64,000 nucleotides of DNA from an uncultured Dehalococcoidia bacterium (lineage in GTDB: Bacteria; Chloroflexota; Dehalococcoidia; Dehalococcoidales; Fen-1064): positions 18 through 64,017 of the forward strand of contig CAIWXV010000128.1 of assembly GCA_903916765.1 (NCBI GenBank). Reading direction: 5' to 3'. The position numbers were made by a program, and so were the translations under genes. Of the stretch, positions 10,418 through 20,604 are shown in pieces. The stretch's first letter is position 1, and each line of letters opens with the position of its first letter. A model generated the notes under the pieces. The model had not been told where the DNA came from. It ran no database searches and was given only the letters and a program-made list of their open reading frames with translations.

Positions 10418-10576
10418 CATTTGGTTCATGGTCCCTATCATTTCCACATTGACTTGTACTGAATCAGTTCAGGGATATAGTGTACATTGTGATTATGTTG
10501 TCCGGTGTAAGGGATTGAAATTCTTATCAAGTATATCTATCATTAGTGTGTAAATGCTTCTTTGTGAGAATACGGA

Positions 10577-11185
10577 ATGGAATTGAAGAAAATCTTCAAA
10601 TCTCCCTTTGCTCTTCGTAGAGGTTTTGCCCATATATTTGTCGGCTTAGCTATTGCCGTTATCGCTCTATTTCTACCACGGGTGTTGTTTCTCTCCTTGT
10701 TAGGAGCAGCAGTTTTTTTCTTTCTACTGCTGGAACTCATCAGGTTCGTATCGCCGAAGGTAAACAACTGGTTTTATTCGTTTTTCAATACGGTTTTACG
10801 ACCATCGGAAACATCGCACATCACAGGTGCCAGTTATTTACTACTTGCCTCGCTGTTTTCTTTTCTGGTTTTTGCTCGTGATATTGCGGTGGTTTCCGTC
10901 TGCTTTCTGGCATTAGGCGATTCTCTGGCAACCATTATCGGTGAAGGCTCAAACAGGAGGAAATTGTTCAAAAAGACTCTGGAAGGGGATATAGTATGTC
11001 TTTTTGCCTGCTTGATTATCGGATTCATCCTGCACTATGTCGGACTGGATATCTCTCCAGTTGAGGTTGGCTTCGGTGCGATTATTGCTGCAATTGCTGA
11101 GGCTCTTCCTCTTCCGGTAGACGACAACGTTACCATTCCCATTTTTGCCGGACTGGTAATGGCACTAGTACGATTCGTTAGTTAA
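10577..11185 (+). CDS. polytopic membrane protein, CTP-dependent polyprenol/phytol kinase or CDS-family like
   Basis: Multiple TM segments and the block LGDSLATIIGEG...KKTLEGDI, which resembles the dolichol/phytol kinase family. Confidence 0.5.
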   Translation: MELKKIFKSPFALRRGFAHIFVGLAIAVIALFLPRVLFLSLLGAAVFFFLLLELIRFVSPKVNNWFYSFFNTVLRPSETSHITGASYLLLASLFSFLVFARDIAVVSVCFLALGDSLATIIGEGSNRRKLFKKTLEGDIVCLFACLIIGFILHYVGLDISPVEVGFGAIIAAIAEALPLPVDDNVTIPIFAGLVMALVRFVS

Positions 11186-11191
11186 TTAGCT

Positions 11192-11494
11192 TTAATTCTT
11201 GTGTCCCATATTGTCGTGTATCAAGTTTGCAGAATTATCGGTAAGGGAGAGTTTACGTACCGGGTACTGTATTTCAATTCCCTCTTTATCGAAGTCCTGT
11301 GCTACATAGTCGATCCAGGCGATAGAAGCCTTTTCCGCTGTGTTTAGAATTTCAGCCGGTGTTTCAAAATCTCCCTTGAACATTGCGCTGGTAGAGGAGA
11401 TAGCGACGCAGAACCATGGTTTTAGACTGATTTCGGGTTCACTGACAGGTTTTCCATAGGTAGCAAGGGAGTTCTTGATTTCGGTTTCAGTCAT
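11192..11494 (-). CDS. hypothetical protein (100 aa)
   Basis: An intact ORF in an otherwise empty slot. I recognised no motif. Confidence 0.45.
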   Translation of the reverse strand: MTETEIKNSLATYGKPVSEPEISLKPWFCVAISSTSAMFKGDFETPAEILNTAEKASIAWIDYVAQDFDKEGIEIQYPVRKLSLTDNSANLIHDNMGHKN

Positions 11495-11600
11495 AATTGC
11501 ACCTTCTAATTTTTTCTAAAATGTTTCCTAAATAATACTACAACGATTGTCTATTTTGATATTGCTTGGCAAGCAAAATTTTCCTTAAATTAATGCACAC

Positions 11601-14600
11601 CTACTCCATCCTCCCCAGTATCTCTTCCAATATCTTTTGCCAGCTCTTACCCGGCTGTTTGAGGTTCATTCTGAGTTGGCTGGTGCCAATCTTGATTCCG
11701 TCACGGAGGAAAGGTAATAGCTTTTGCTTATTGAACTGCATCCCTGCAAATAACTGCAGAATAACCTCGTTACCGAGCGTGGAAATGGACTCGATGCAGG
11801 TGTCTTTTGCCAACGCTTTAATCTTCAGTACATAGAGCAGATTCTCCACTTCTTTCGGTGGTACCCCAAACCTGTCATTGAATTCCTGCACCAAATTCTG
11901 TATTTGCTTTGCGTCTGTGATGTCTGCCATCCGCTGGTAGAATTCCAGCCGAGTCACGAGGTCATTGACGTAATCCTCCGGTATTAATGCCGATAGCGGC
12001 AAGTCGATGGTCGGGGGCGGTAGCTTTGACGCAGAGGTTGCTTGAGGGATGCCGGCGTTCCGTGCTTTCAATTTCTCCACTGCTGCAGCCAGCATCTGGC
12101 TGTAAAGATTGAAGCCCACGGCGCTGATTTGTCCGCTTTGTCTCAAGCCCAACAGCATGCCTGCCCCCCTAATTTCCAGGTCTTTAATCGCGATTCCGAA
12201 GCCGGCACCAAGCTCGGTGGCTTCATAGATCGTCTGTAAACGCTTCTCTGCAACCGGCGTCAGTCGCTTGCCTTTATCGAAGAGAAGATAGGCGTAAGCC
12301 AGCGTCGCGCCCCTTCCGACTCTTCCCCTTAGCTGGTAAAGCTGGGTTAACCCGAAGCGGTCGGCTTGATTGATGATGAGTGTATTGACGTTGGGCATAT
12401 CCAGTCCCGACTCGATAATCGTACTGCATACCAGTACATCACTCTTGCCATCCATAAACTCTTTCGTGACCCTTTCCAGTTCGCCTTCTGGCATCTGTCC
12501 GTGGCCAACCGATACTCTCACTTCAGGGATGAGATTTCTCAGTTTTTCGGCGACGATTTCAATAGACTGCACCCGATTATGCACGAAGAAGACCTGTCCG
12601 TCACGTTCCAGTTCACGGAGAACAGCCTTACGAATCAGTAGCTCATCGTATTCGGCGACGTATGTCCTGACCGGCAAGCGGTCTTCCGGCGGAGTCTCCA
12701 TTGTGCTCATATCCCGCACGCCCACTAGCGACATATGCAATGTGCGTGGAATCGGTGTGGCGCTCAATGTTAGGACATCCACTTCCTGACGCATCTTTTT
12801 GAGGTATTCCTTGTGAGCGACCCCGAATCTCTGTTCTTCATCGATAATCAATAGTCCCAGATTTTTGAACTGTATGTCTTTCTGAATCAAACGGTGGGTG
12901 CCGATGCAGATATCCACTGTGCCGTTTTTCAACCCTTCGACGACGTTGCCCTGTTCTTTTGATGTGCGGAAACGGCTCAATGTCTCTATTTTTATGGGGA
13001 AGGCTTTCATTCTCTCTGTGAATGTGGCGTAGTGTTGCTGCGCCAGTATTGTGGTTGGCACGAGCACTGCCACCTGTTTATCGTCCATCACGGCTTTGAA
13101 GGCGGCGCGGAGAGCAACCTCGGTTTTGCCATAGCCGACATCTCCACAGACCAGTCGGTCCATCGGCTTGCTTTTCTCCATATCCTCTTTGATTTCTTTC
13201 TGCACGGTTATCTGGTCGGGTGTTTCGATGTAAGGGAAAGCCGCCTCTAGCTCTTTCTGCCAAATGGTATCTCTCGAATAGGCGAATCCCGGCACGACTT
13301 CACGGCTGGCATAAAGGTTCAATAAATCCTCGGCAACTTCTTCGACGGCTTCTTTAACTTTTTGCTTGGTGTTTATCCATTCCTGTGTACCGAGTCGACT
13401 TAGTGTCGGTGCTTGTTCTCCACCGCCGACGTAACGTCCGACCCTGTCCACCTGGTCGGTAGGCACGTAGAGTTTGTCGCCCATGGCATACTGGATGGCC
13501 ATAAATTCTCTGTCTAAACCATTGTTGTGCAGAGTTGTGAACCCGAGGAATTTCCCGATGCCATGCTCGATGTGCACCACATAATCGTCCGGTTGAATAT
13601 CGGCGAAGAGCTTATGTCGAGCAACCGGTCTTTTTTTCTGAAGGCGTTGTTGCTTGGTGAAACCGAAAATTTCCGTATCGGTCAAGAGATGGAAGTCTTT
13701 CATACTCCAACCGGAACTGAGCAAACCTTGCATCAAAATCAGTGAACCGGGCAACGGCGATTGTTTTATTTCCGTCAGCACAGGCGCAATGATATCTTCT
13801 TCCTCGAGTAATTCAGAGAGTCGGTTTGCCTGATGCGTTACCAGAATCAAGCGTTGTTTCTCTGCAAGCATCTGTTTGACTTTAGCGATGAAGGTGGGCA
13901 ATTGTCCTGCGTAACTCGGCACCGGAGTGAAATTGAGGTGATATCTCGATTCATCGGCAATACCCAGTGTGGTGAGCATAAGACGCGGTATTTTTTCTAA
14001 TGATGGTTGTAATTCATCCCAGGTGAAATATGGGCTGGGGAAATTTACAGGCAGTTCACCCTGCTCTTGCTGACTCTTACACAGTTCGACGGCTTTATCA
14101 TCGAAATCCTCGATGGTTCTCTGAACGCTGAGCGGCTCATCGAGAATCAACACGGTGTTTTCCGGCAGATAAGACAGGAGACTATCCTGATTGAATAAGG
14201 GAGCGTAGAACTCTTTACTGATGTTTCTTCGACCCTGATAAAGCTCCGTCAACTCCTTAATGAAGCGCTCACGGCTTTCCTCATTGCAATTACTGAAGTC
14301 GATACCACTCAAAATTCCTTCGAGTTCGGCACCGTTCTCTAAAAATGGCGTGATTAATTCTGTTGCCGGTCCGATGATAATTGAGGCAGTCTTTTTTAAG
14401 GAGCACTGGTTTATCGGATCGTAGAGTCGGATGCTTCCAATACTATTGCCGAAGAATTCCAGTCGGGTAGGCATTTCACTGGAGGGCGAGAAGATATCGA
14501 TGATGCCTCCGCGCTTACTCATCGTGCCGGGGATTTCTACGGTGCTTTCCACTGTGTAGCCTAGAAATTGACAGTGCTGCATCAATGTCATCGGGTCAAT

Positions 14601-15065
14601 GACCGTTCCTTCTTTTATAGTGCGGAAAGTTTTTACGAAGTCACTGTACAAGGCTGTTTTTTGGATAAAAGCAGGCGCCGGGGCAATTATCATAGGCAAG
14701 CCCTTTTCCTTATCCGCATTCACCAGCGCAGAAAGGATCCGCAGACGTTCTAATTCGGTGGGGCTATCGGACACGAGCCGTTCATAGGGTAAGGCATCCG
14801 GTTCCGGCAATAATCTGACTTGCTCCGAATGGCTCCAGAGGACTAGTTGTTCATATAGTTTGCGGGATGATTCGGCGTGGGCGGTTATTATCACAATAGG
14901 GCGTTTCAGAGTCTGGTACAGTGCGGCAATCAGGAAAGGTCGGGCGGCATCGATGATATTGGCATTTATCGCACCTTTCGATTGGCGCAGTTCTGCTGTG
15001 AGTTTGCCGTAGGCTGGCATCTCCCTGATTAAGTTTAATAACTGCGCCAGGTTTAATTGTTCCAT
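11601..15065 (-). CDS. mfd: transcription-repair coupling factor
   Basis: 1154 aa with a UvrB-homology N-terminus, the superfamily-2 helicase motifs [11 protein letters not shown] and DEEQRFG, and a TRG-like region. Confidence 0.95.
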   Translation of the reverse strand: MEQLNLAQLLNLIREMPAYGKLTAELRQSKGAINANIIDAARPFLIAALYQTLKRPIVIITAHAESSRKLYEQLVLWSHSEQVRLLPEPDALPYERLVSDSPTELERLRILSALVNADKEKGLPMIIAPAPAFIQKTALYSDFVKTFRTIKEGTVIDPMTLMQHCQFLGYTVESTVEIPGTMSKRGGIIDIFSPSSEMPTRLEFFGNSIGSIRLYDPINQCSLKKTASIIIGPATELITPFLENGAELEGILSGIDFSNCNEESRERFIKELTELYQGRRNISKEFYAPLFNQDSLLSYLPENTVLILDEPLSVQRTIEDFDDKAVELCKSQQEQGELPVNFPSPYFTWDELQPSLEKIPRLMLTTLGIADESRYHLNFTPVPSYAGQLPTFIAKVKQMLAEKQRLILVTHQANRLSELLEEEDIIAPVLTEIKQSPLPGSLILMQGLLSSGWSMKDFHLLTDTEIFGFTKQQRLQKKRPVARHKLFADIQPDDYVVHIEHGIGKFLGFTTLHNNGLDREFMAIQYAMGDKLYVPTDQVDRVGRYVGGGEQAPTLSRLGTQEWINTKQKVKEAVEEVAEDLLNLYASREVVPGFAYSRDTIWQKELEAAFPYIETPDQITVQKEIKEDMEKSKPMDRLVCGDVGYGKTEVALRAAFKAVMDDKQVAVLVPTTILAQQHYATFTERMKAFPIKIETLSRFRTSKEQGNVVEGLKNGTVDICIGTHRLIQKDIQFKNLGLLIIDEEQRFGVAHKEYLKKMRQEVDVLTLSATPIPRTLHMSLVGVRDMSTMETPPEDRLPVRTYVAEYDELLIRKAVLRELERDGQVFFVHNRVQSIEIVAEKLRNLIPEVRVSVGHGQMPEGELERVTKEFMDGKSDVLVCSTIIESGLDMPNVNTLIINQADRFGLTQLYQLRGRVGRGATLAYAYLLFDKGKRLTPVAEKRLQTIYEATELGAGFGIAIKDLEIRGAGMLLGLRQSGQISAVGFNLYSQMLAAAVEKLKARNAGIPQATSASKLPPPTIDLPLSALIPEDYVNDLVTRLEFYQRMADITDAKQIQNLVQEFNDRFGVPPKEVENLLYVLKIKALAKDTCIESISTLGNEVILQLFAGMQFNKQKLLPFLRDGIKIGTSQLRMNLKQPGKSWQKILEEILGRME

Positions 15066-15178
15066 TTTCCCTCAGACACCTATCAGGGCTAGCCGAGACG
15101 GACTAGTCCTTTAGAGACATTTTAACATAATGGTATCCACCTCATGCTCCGACATGGGATTCATTTTAGATTTTCTAG

Positions 15179-15198
15179 ATACCGACGAAAGTCGGTAT
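15179..15198. repeat. perfect 8-bp hairpin with GAAA tetraloop
   Basis: The sequence is ataccgac gaaa gtcggtat. Confidence 0.6.
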
Positions 15199-15284
15199 GG
15201 TAAAGTTACAAATGATTATGTCTCTATTACATAATCTTATGCTATAATGACTCTACGTTGTATTGCCATTTCGAGAGCAGTTCT

Positions 15285-15305
15285 CCTCTCCCTTGAGGGG
15301 AGAGG
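15285..15305. repeat. CT/GA-rich hairpin (cctctccc ... gggagagg)
   Basis: An 8-bp complementary pair read directly from the sequence. Confidence 0.6.
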
Positions 15306-15331
15306 TATGGGTGAGAGTGTTATTAATATGG

Positions 15332-15357
15332 ATTGCCGCGCTTCGCTCGCAATGACA
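15332..15357 (-). repeat. short hairpin repeat, copy 1 (minus-strand reading tgtcat-tgcgagcgaagcgcggcaat)
   Basis: The 5-bp stem attgc/gcaat encloses a CGAAG-containing loop. It is related to the copy at 29576-29600. Confidence 0.55.
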
Positions 15358-15374
15358 GTGGCGACTAATGTAAA

Positions 15375-16514
15375 GTGAGCAAAGTGAAAACTGATAGTAA
15401 TTTGTCATACCGCCGTATCGTTGCTAAATTCGGCACCAGTCTGCTGACGTCGGGTTCGAATCGATTGAATCAGGAACGGATGGCTGACTTGGTGTCACAA
15501 TTAGCTCAACTCCACGCAAAAGGTGCGGAAGTGGTGGTGGTAACTTCCGGCGCAATTGCCGCCGGTAGAGAGAAACTGGGCTTAGCCAAAAAGGTCAAAG
15601 GCATCCCTTACAAGCAGGTATTGGCTTCGGTAGGGCAGGGACGCTTGATGAATGTATACGAGAGCCTTTTCGATGATCACGGCGTTACGGTGGCACAGGC
15701 GTTATTGACTAAATCTACACTGGCTGACCGTGCCGGCTATTTGAATACCCGCAATACCCTTTTAGCCTTGCTGGAAATGGGTGTTATACCTATCATTAAT
15801 GAGAACGATGTCGTGGCTATTGATGAAATTCAAGAAGCCCGATTCGGTGATAACGATAATCTTTCGGCGATGGTGGCGAATCTGATTGATGCCGACCTTC
15901 TGTTGATTCTGACTGATATCGATGGGTTATATACTGCCGACCCTCAGCATGACCCGTCTGCCCGATTGATTCCTGTTGTGGAGAAGATTGGCGAGCAGAT
16001 TGAAAAACTGGCGTCTGGTTCTACGAGCGGACTCGGCACAGGCGGTATGGTTACCAAGATTGAAGCCGCTGGCTTAGCGACTGCTTCAGGGGTGACAGTG
16101 GTGATTGCCAATGGTAGTAAACAGGATGTCCTGGTCAGAGTGGCAAGCGGCGAAGCCATCGGCACGAAGTTTTTACCGGTAAAATCAGGACTGGATAGCC
16201 GTCAAAGATGGATGTTGAGTGGTTTACGTACCCGCGGGAAATTGATAATCGATGACGGTGCTGCTACGGCATTGAAAAAATATAAGCGCAGTCTGCTTGC
16301 TGCCGGTATTAAGCAGATTGAAGGTAATTTTCAGCGCGGCGATATTGTTGCTATTTGTGACCCGCAAAGTGTGAAAATCGGTAGTGGCATCACAAACTAT
16401 TCTGCGGCAGAATTACAGTCTATCAAAGGTGCACACTCCGAAGAAATTTCCGGACTGTTAGGGCATAATTCCGGTTCAGAAGTGATACACAGAAATAATC
16501 TGGTATTAGTGTAA
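15375..16514 (+). CDS. proB: glutamate 5-kinase with C-terminal PUA domain
   Basis: 379 aa with VVKFGTS-like [20 protein letters not shown] and a PUA-like tail. GTG start. Confidence 0.93.
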   Translation: MSKVKTDSNLSYRRIVAKFGTSLLTSGSNRLNQERMADLVSQLAQLHAKGAEVVVVTSGAIAAGREKLGLAKKVKGIPYKQVLASVGQGRLMNVYESLFDDHGVTVAQALLTKSTLADRAGYLNTRNTLLALLEMGVIPIINENDVVAIDEIQEARFGDNDNLSAMVANLIDADLLLILTDIDGLYTADPQHDPSARLIPVVEKIGEQIEKLASGSTSGLGTGGMVTKIEAAGLATASGVTVVIANGSKQDVLVRVASGEAIGTKFLPVKSGLDSRQRWMLSGLRTRGKLIIDDGAATALKKYKRSLLAAGIKQIEGNFQRGDIVAICDPQSVKIGSGITNYSAAELQSIKGAHSEEISGLLGHNSGSEVIHRNNLVLV

Positions 16515-16517
16515 TGT

Positions 16518-17201
16518 ATGGAAGCACTGAATAATATCCCAATCGATTTCGACACAGAGCGAATATTGAAGATGATGCGTGCCCGTAGTGGTGCCGAGCG
16601 TTTTCGGAAGATAGTTGATGAGCTGATTGAAATCGCCAAACCTGTTGCCCGACCTAAAGCTATCTATGGAATGTGTTTTATCGATAGTCGTGACAGTGAT
16701 ACTGTAACAATCCAGGGTGTCAAATTCACCAGCCACGTAATGAGAATCAATACGGAAAAGATAGAGCGGGTTTTCCCGTTTATTGTTACCTGCGGCGCGG
16801 AATTAGAAAAAGTCTCCATACCCGGTGATGATGCCCTCCGCGTTTTTTGTTGGGATGCTGTGAAGACTTATGCTGTGTATGTGGCGAGCCGTTACCTTTC
16901 GGACTATTTGAAAAGACGCTATGCGCTTGGCGAGATGTCGAGTATGAGCCCGGGTTCATTGAGTTCTTGGCCGATACAGCAACAGAAGGAACTATTCTCG
17001 ATTTTCGGTGATGTCGAGAAACTCATCGGTGTGAGGCTGACGGAAGACTTTTTGATGTACCCGATTAAATCGGTATCCGGTATCTACTTTTCCACTGACG
17101 TGAAGTTCGAAAGCTGTCAGCTCTGCCCTCGTGAGAGATGCACTGGCAGACGGGCACCCTACGACCCGGAACTGGTCAAAAAATATATACCGAACGGGTA
17201 A
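16518..17201 (+). CDS. stand-alone protein resembling the methionine synthase (MetH) activation / AdoMet-binding domain
   Basis: The blocks SPGS..WP.QQQKELFSIF and RLTEDFLMYPIKSVSGIYF match my memory of the Met_synt_B12 domain. It also has a C-terminal CQLCPRERC cluster. Confidence 0.55.
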   Translation: MEALNNIPIDFDTERILKMMRARSGAERFRKIVDELIEIAKPVARPKAIYGMCFIDSRDSDTVTIQGVKFTSHVMRINTEKIERVFPFIVTCGAELEKVSIPGDDALRVFCWDAVKTYAVYVASRYLSDYLKRRYALGEMSSMSPGSLSSWPIQQQKELFSIFGDVEKLIGVRLTEDFLMYPIKSVSGIYFSTDVKFESCQLCPRERCTGRRAPYDPELVKKYIPNG

Positions 17202-17240
17202 CGCTTACCCAATAATCCAATGTCGAATTTCCCTTTTGTG

Positions 17241-17269
17241 TTGTTTCATATTTCACAGTGATTTATAAT
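17241..17269 (+). promoter_or_regulatory. candidate sigma-70-type promoter for proA
   Basis: TTGTTT (17241-17246), 17-nt spacer, TATAAT (17264-17269). Confidence 0.3.
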
Positions 17270-17310
17270 AAGTTATTCCCTGTCTCAAGATAAAGCAAAA
17301 GGATAAACCT

Positions 17311-18585
17311 ATGACAAATGCGGTTACGGAACTGAAAAACATAGGCAAAGCCGCTAAAGAAGCGAGCCGGAAGCTGGCTTATCTTTCTACAGATGTGAAG
17401 AATAAAGCCCTCCTGAATATTGCCGAGGACCTCCGTAGTAAAACGAAGGAAATCCTTACTGCCAATAAACTCGACCTTAAGCAGGCGATGGCAAACGGCA
17501 TCAACAAGACGATGCAGGATAGGCTTCTGCTGAACGAAACGCGTTTGGAAGGTATGGCGAAGGATGTTCTCAATGTAGCGACACTCCCCGACCCGGTCGG
17601 TGAGGTATTCGATATGCGCACTATGCCCAACGGTTTACTCATCGGCAGAAAAAGAGTGCCGCTAGGCGCCATCGGTGCGATGTATGAGAGCCGTCCTAAT
17701 GTGACGGTGGATATTGCAACGCTCTGTTTGAAATCGGGCAATGCCGTCATTCTCCGCGGTGGCAAGGAAGCCATCAATTCTAATTTGGCGTTGTCGAAAC
17801 TGGTGCAAAAAGCCATCGCACGTGCCAGTGTTCCCGAAGGTGCCGTACAGTTTATAGAAAATACTGACCGCTCGCTGGTCGATAAAATGCTCAAGATGAA
17901 CGAGTATATCGATTTGATGATACCGCGTGGCAGTGATGCGTTCGTCAGACTCGTTGTACGGAATGCTACGATGGCGGTGGTTGCCGGTGGTATCGGTGTT
18001 TGTCACACCTATATCGACCTTACGGCAGATATCGATAAAGCCGTGGCGATTGTTTATAACGCCAAGGTGCAGAAGCCATCAGTGTGTAATGCGCTGGATA
18101 CGATTTTGGTGCACAAAGGAATCGCTGCGCGTTTCTTGTCTCTGGTAGCGAAGGAACTGGCAAAAGCCGGTGTGGAATTACATTGCGATGCACGTTCCCT
18201 GTCGATTCTGAAGTCGAAGCGTGGACTGAAACTGAAAGCGGCGGTGAAAGAAGATTGGGGCAAGGAATTTCTGGCACTTATCGCCGCTGTTAAAGTGGTC
18301 GGTTCTCTGGATGAAGCATTGGAGCATATTGCCCGCTATGGTTCAGGACATTCCGAAGCCATTGTGACTGAAGATTATGCTTCCGGTATGCGCTTCCTGA
18401 ATGAAGTCGATGCCGCTTGTGTTTATCTCAATGCCAGCACCCGTTTCACGGATGGCAGTCAGTTTGGTTTGGGGGCGGAGGTAGGCATCAGTACACAAAA
18501 GATGCATGCCCGGGGTCCTTTGGGATTAAAAGAATTGACCAGCTACAAGTGGATTATTTTCGGTAACGGTCAGGTCAGGCCGTAA
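17311..18585 (+). CDS. proA: gamma-glutamyl phosphate reductase
   Basis: 424 aa in the aldehyde dehydrogenase-like fold, with the catalytic CNA motif (PSVCNALDT). Confidence 0.93.
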   Translation: MTNAVTELKNIGKAAKEASRKLAYLSTDVKNKALLNIAEDLRSKTKEILTANKLDLKQAMANGINKTMQDRLLLNETRLEGMAKDVLNVATLPDPVGEVFDMRTMPNGLLIGRKRVPLGAIGAMYESRPNVTVDIATLCLKSGNAVILRGGKEAINSNLALSKLVQKAIARASVPEGAVQFIENTDRSLVDKMLKMNEYIDLMIPRGSDAFVRLVVRNATMAVVAGGIGVCHTYIDLTADIDKAVAIVYNAKVQKPSVCNALDTILVHKGIAARFLSLVAKELAKAGVELHCDARSLSILKSKRGLKLKAAVKEDWGKEFLALIAAVKVVGSLDEALEHIARYGSGHSEAIVTEDYASGMRFLNEVDAACVYLNASTRFTDGSQFGLGAEVGISTQKMHARGPLGLKELTSYKWIIFGNGQVRP

Positions 18586-18596
18586 AAGTAATTTTC

Positions 18597-19328
18597 CTAT
18601 CGTCTTCTGGCTGATTCGATGACTGCTTGTTGAATGGTGAAGAGTTCTCGGATACCTTTTTCCGCCAGTGTCAGTAGAAAATCTACGGTTTCTTTATTGA
18701 AGGGTTTGGTTTCGGCAGTGCCTTGAATCTCGACGAATTCACCTTTGCTATTCATCACGATATTGAAATCAGATTCAGCTTGAGAGTCTTCATCATAGCA
18801 CAAGTCCAGCATCCTTGTTCCGTGTACTACGCCGACGCTGGTGGCGGCTACGGCGCAATTCAGAGGTACTGAAGAGATGACTCCCATATTTGCCAGTTTA
18901 TCCATCGCCAAATAGAGAGCGACATAAGCACCGGTAATAGCAGCGGTTCGGGTACCTCCGTCCGCCTGTAAAACATCGCAATCGATGATGAAAGTGTGTT
19001 CTCCCAACGATGTCATATCGGTAGCAGCTCGCATCGAACGTCCGATTAAGCGCTGGATTTCCTGACTTCTGCCGGCAATACCGCCACGAGCAGAATCGCG
19101 TTCGGTTCGGGTAAGTGTGGCTCTTGGCAACATCGAATATTCAGCCGTTACCCAGCCGACGCCCTTGTTTCGTAGGAAAGGTGGCACTTTATCTTCTACG
19201 GTAACGGAGCAGACAACACGTGTGCGTCCCAATTCAATCAGCACCGAGCCTTCGGCGAAACTCTGGAAAGCGGGTGTGATTTTGACAGGTCTTAACTGGT
19301 CGTAAGTCCGACCATCGGCTCTTTTCAA
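18597..19328 (-). CDS. rph: ribonuclease PH
   Basis: 243 aa with RADGR near the N-terminus and DCDVLQADGGTRTA. Confidence 0.93.
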   Translation of the reverse strand: MKRADGRTYDQLRPVKITPAFQSFAEGSVLIELGRTRVVCSVTVEDKVPPFLRNKGVGWVTAEYSMLPRATLTRTERDSARGGIAGRSQEIQRLIGRSMRAATDMTSLGEHTFIIDCDVLQADGGTRTAAITGAYVALYLAMDKLANMGVISSVPLNCAVAATSVGVVHGTRMLDLCYDEDSQAESDFNIVMNSKGEFVEIQGTAETKPFNKETVDFLLTLAEKGIRELFTIQQAVIESARRR

Positions 19329-19540
19329 AATTCTGTCCTTTCTTGTCAGTGGTAATTAGCGTATTTTCCTGTTCGGATGATTTCTCATCTTACCATAACA
19401 GAACAGGGGGTAGCAATGACTCTAGCAAAGATAACACCACTGGGTTATAATAATAGCTGCCTGCTTTTTAGGTCTTTTATATTCAAATTTACATAACGAA
19501 TATCCGAGATATATTATGCTCTGGAATCGCAGGAGAACAA

Positions 19541-20578
19541 ATGAGAATAGCAGTTGATGCTTCCGGTGGAGAATATGCCCCTCATGAAATAGTTAAAGGG
19601 GCTATAAAGGCGGCTCAAGATTATAAAATCGGTATTGTCCTGGTAGGTAAAAAGGAAATTCTTCATGTCCAGGCAAGCCGTTATATGAAGAAGCTCGATA
19701 TCAGTATCGTCGATGCTTCTGAAATCATTGGTGATGAAGAATCTCCGATAGAGGCAGTTTCTAAGAAACAAAACTCGTCGATTGTTATCGGTATAAATCT
19801 GGTCAAAATGGAGCAGGTATCTGCCTTTGTTTCCGCTGGTAGTACTGGGGCTGTGATGTATGCCGCATTCGCGATGTTGGGTAGAGTGGAAGGTATCGAG
19901 CGCCCTGCAATCGGGAGTATTATCACTGTAAATATTAACAGCCCGTTCCTTCTGCTCGATTGCGGAGCTAATCCCAATTGCCGTCCTAAACATTTACTTC
20001 AATTTGCACAAATGGGGAATATTTATGTCAGAGAGGTTTTCGGCGTCCCTTCGCCTCGTATCGCTTTGCTTAATAACGGCGAGGAAGAAAAGAAAGGTAA
20101 TCAGCTTGCAAAGGATACTTATCAGGTATTAAAAGCATCCGATTTGAATTTTGTCGGCAATATCGAAGGTCAGAATCTTCCCAAAGGGGTAGCCGATGTG
20201 GTGGTTACCGATGGCTTCACCGGTAATATCGTCCTGAAGACATTGGAAGGGGTGGGAGAAGCTTTCCTGAAATTAAGAAATAAACATCCGGAATCTGCCA
20301 ACGTCTCCAGAGGGGAATCGCAGTCTGCACAGTTCGATGTCGGTTTTGGTTCCTTGGTCAAAAGGATTGATTACAGAGAGTCCGGAGGCGCTTGTCTATT
20401 AGGATTGAACGGCAACGTCATTATTTCTCATGGACGCAGTCAATCGAAAGCAATCAGGAATGCCATCGGTATGGCAAAACGAAGCGTGGACCGTAATGTC
20501 TGTCAGATAATCCAGCAATATAAATTTACAGAACCTGAATTGCCTGCGACAGAAGCATGTAACGAACAAAGTAGCTAA
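19541..20578 (+). CDS. plsX: phosphate:acyl-ACP acyltransferase
   Basis: MRIAVDASGGEYAP at the N-terminus, plus VVTDGFTGNI. Confidence 0.92.
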   Translation: MRIAVDASGGEYAPHEIVKGAIKAAQDYKIGIVLVGKKEILHVQASRYMKKLDISIVDASEIIGDEESPIEAVSKKQNSSIVIGINLVKMEQVSAFVSAGSTGAVMYAAFAMLGRVEGIERPAIGSIITVNINSPFLLLDCGANPNCRPKHLLQFAQMGNIYVREVFGVPSPRIALLNNGEEEKKGNQLAKDTYQVLKASDLNFVGNIEGQNLPKGVADVVVTDGFTGNIVLKTLEGVGEAFLKLRNKHPESANVSRGESQSAQFDVGFGSLVKRIDYRESGGACLLGLNGNVIISHGRSQSKAIRNAIGMAKRSVDRNVCQIIQQYKFTEPELPATEACNEQSS

Positions 20579-20604
20579 TCCAGCGGAAATCGGAGTAAAA
20601 ACCA

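Noticed and set aside
10326-10553. 75-aa plus-strand ORF overlapping the FmdB gene 3-prime end, and the 78-aa minus-strand ORF 7966-8202
   Set aside because: These are out-of-frame overlaps with supported genes or promoter regions. Their composition is AT-rich and low-complexity, with no RBS.
17379-17894. Long antisense ORFs inside well-supported genes (for example 17379-17894, 33526-34098, 6161-6664, 55032-55496, 48700-49116, 42997-43464)
   Set aside because: These are shadow ORFs on the opposite strand of strongly supported genes. Their composition is skewed (Ala/Ser/Arg/Pro-rich), and they have no RBS or recognisable motifs.
19329-19540. rpmF (L32) upstream of plsX
   Set aside because: I looked for it because rpmF-plsX linkage is common. 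The only ORF here (MTLAKITPLGYNNSCLL...) has no L32 features.
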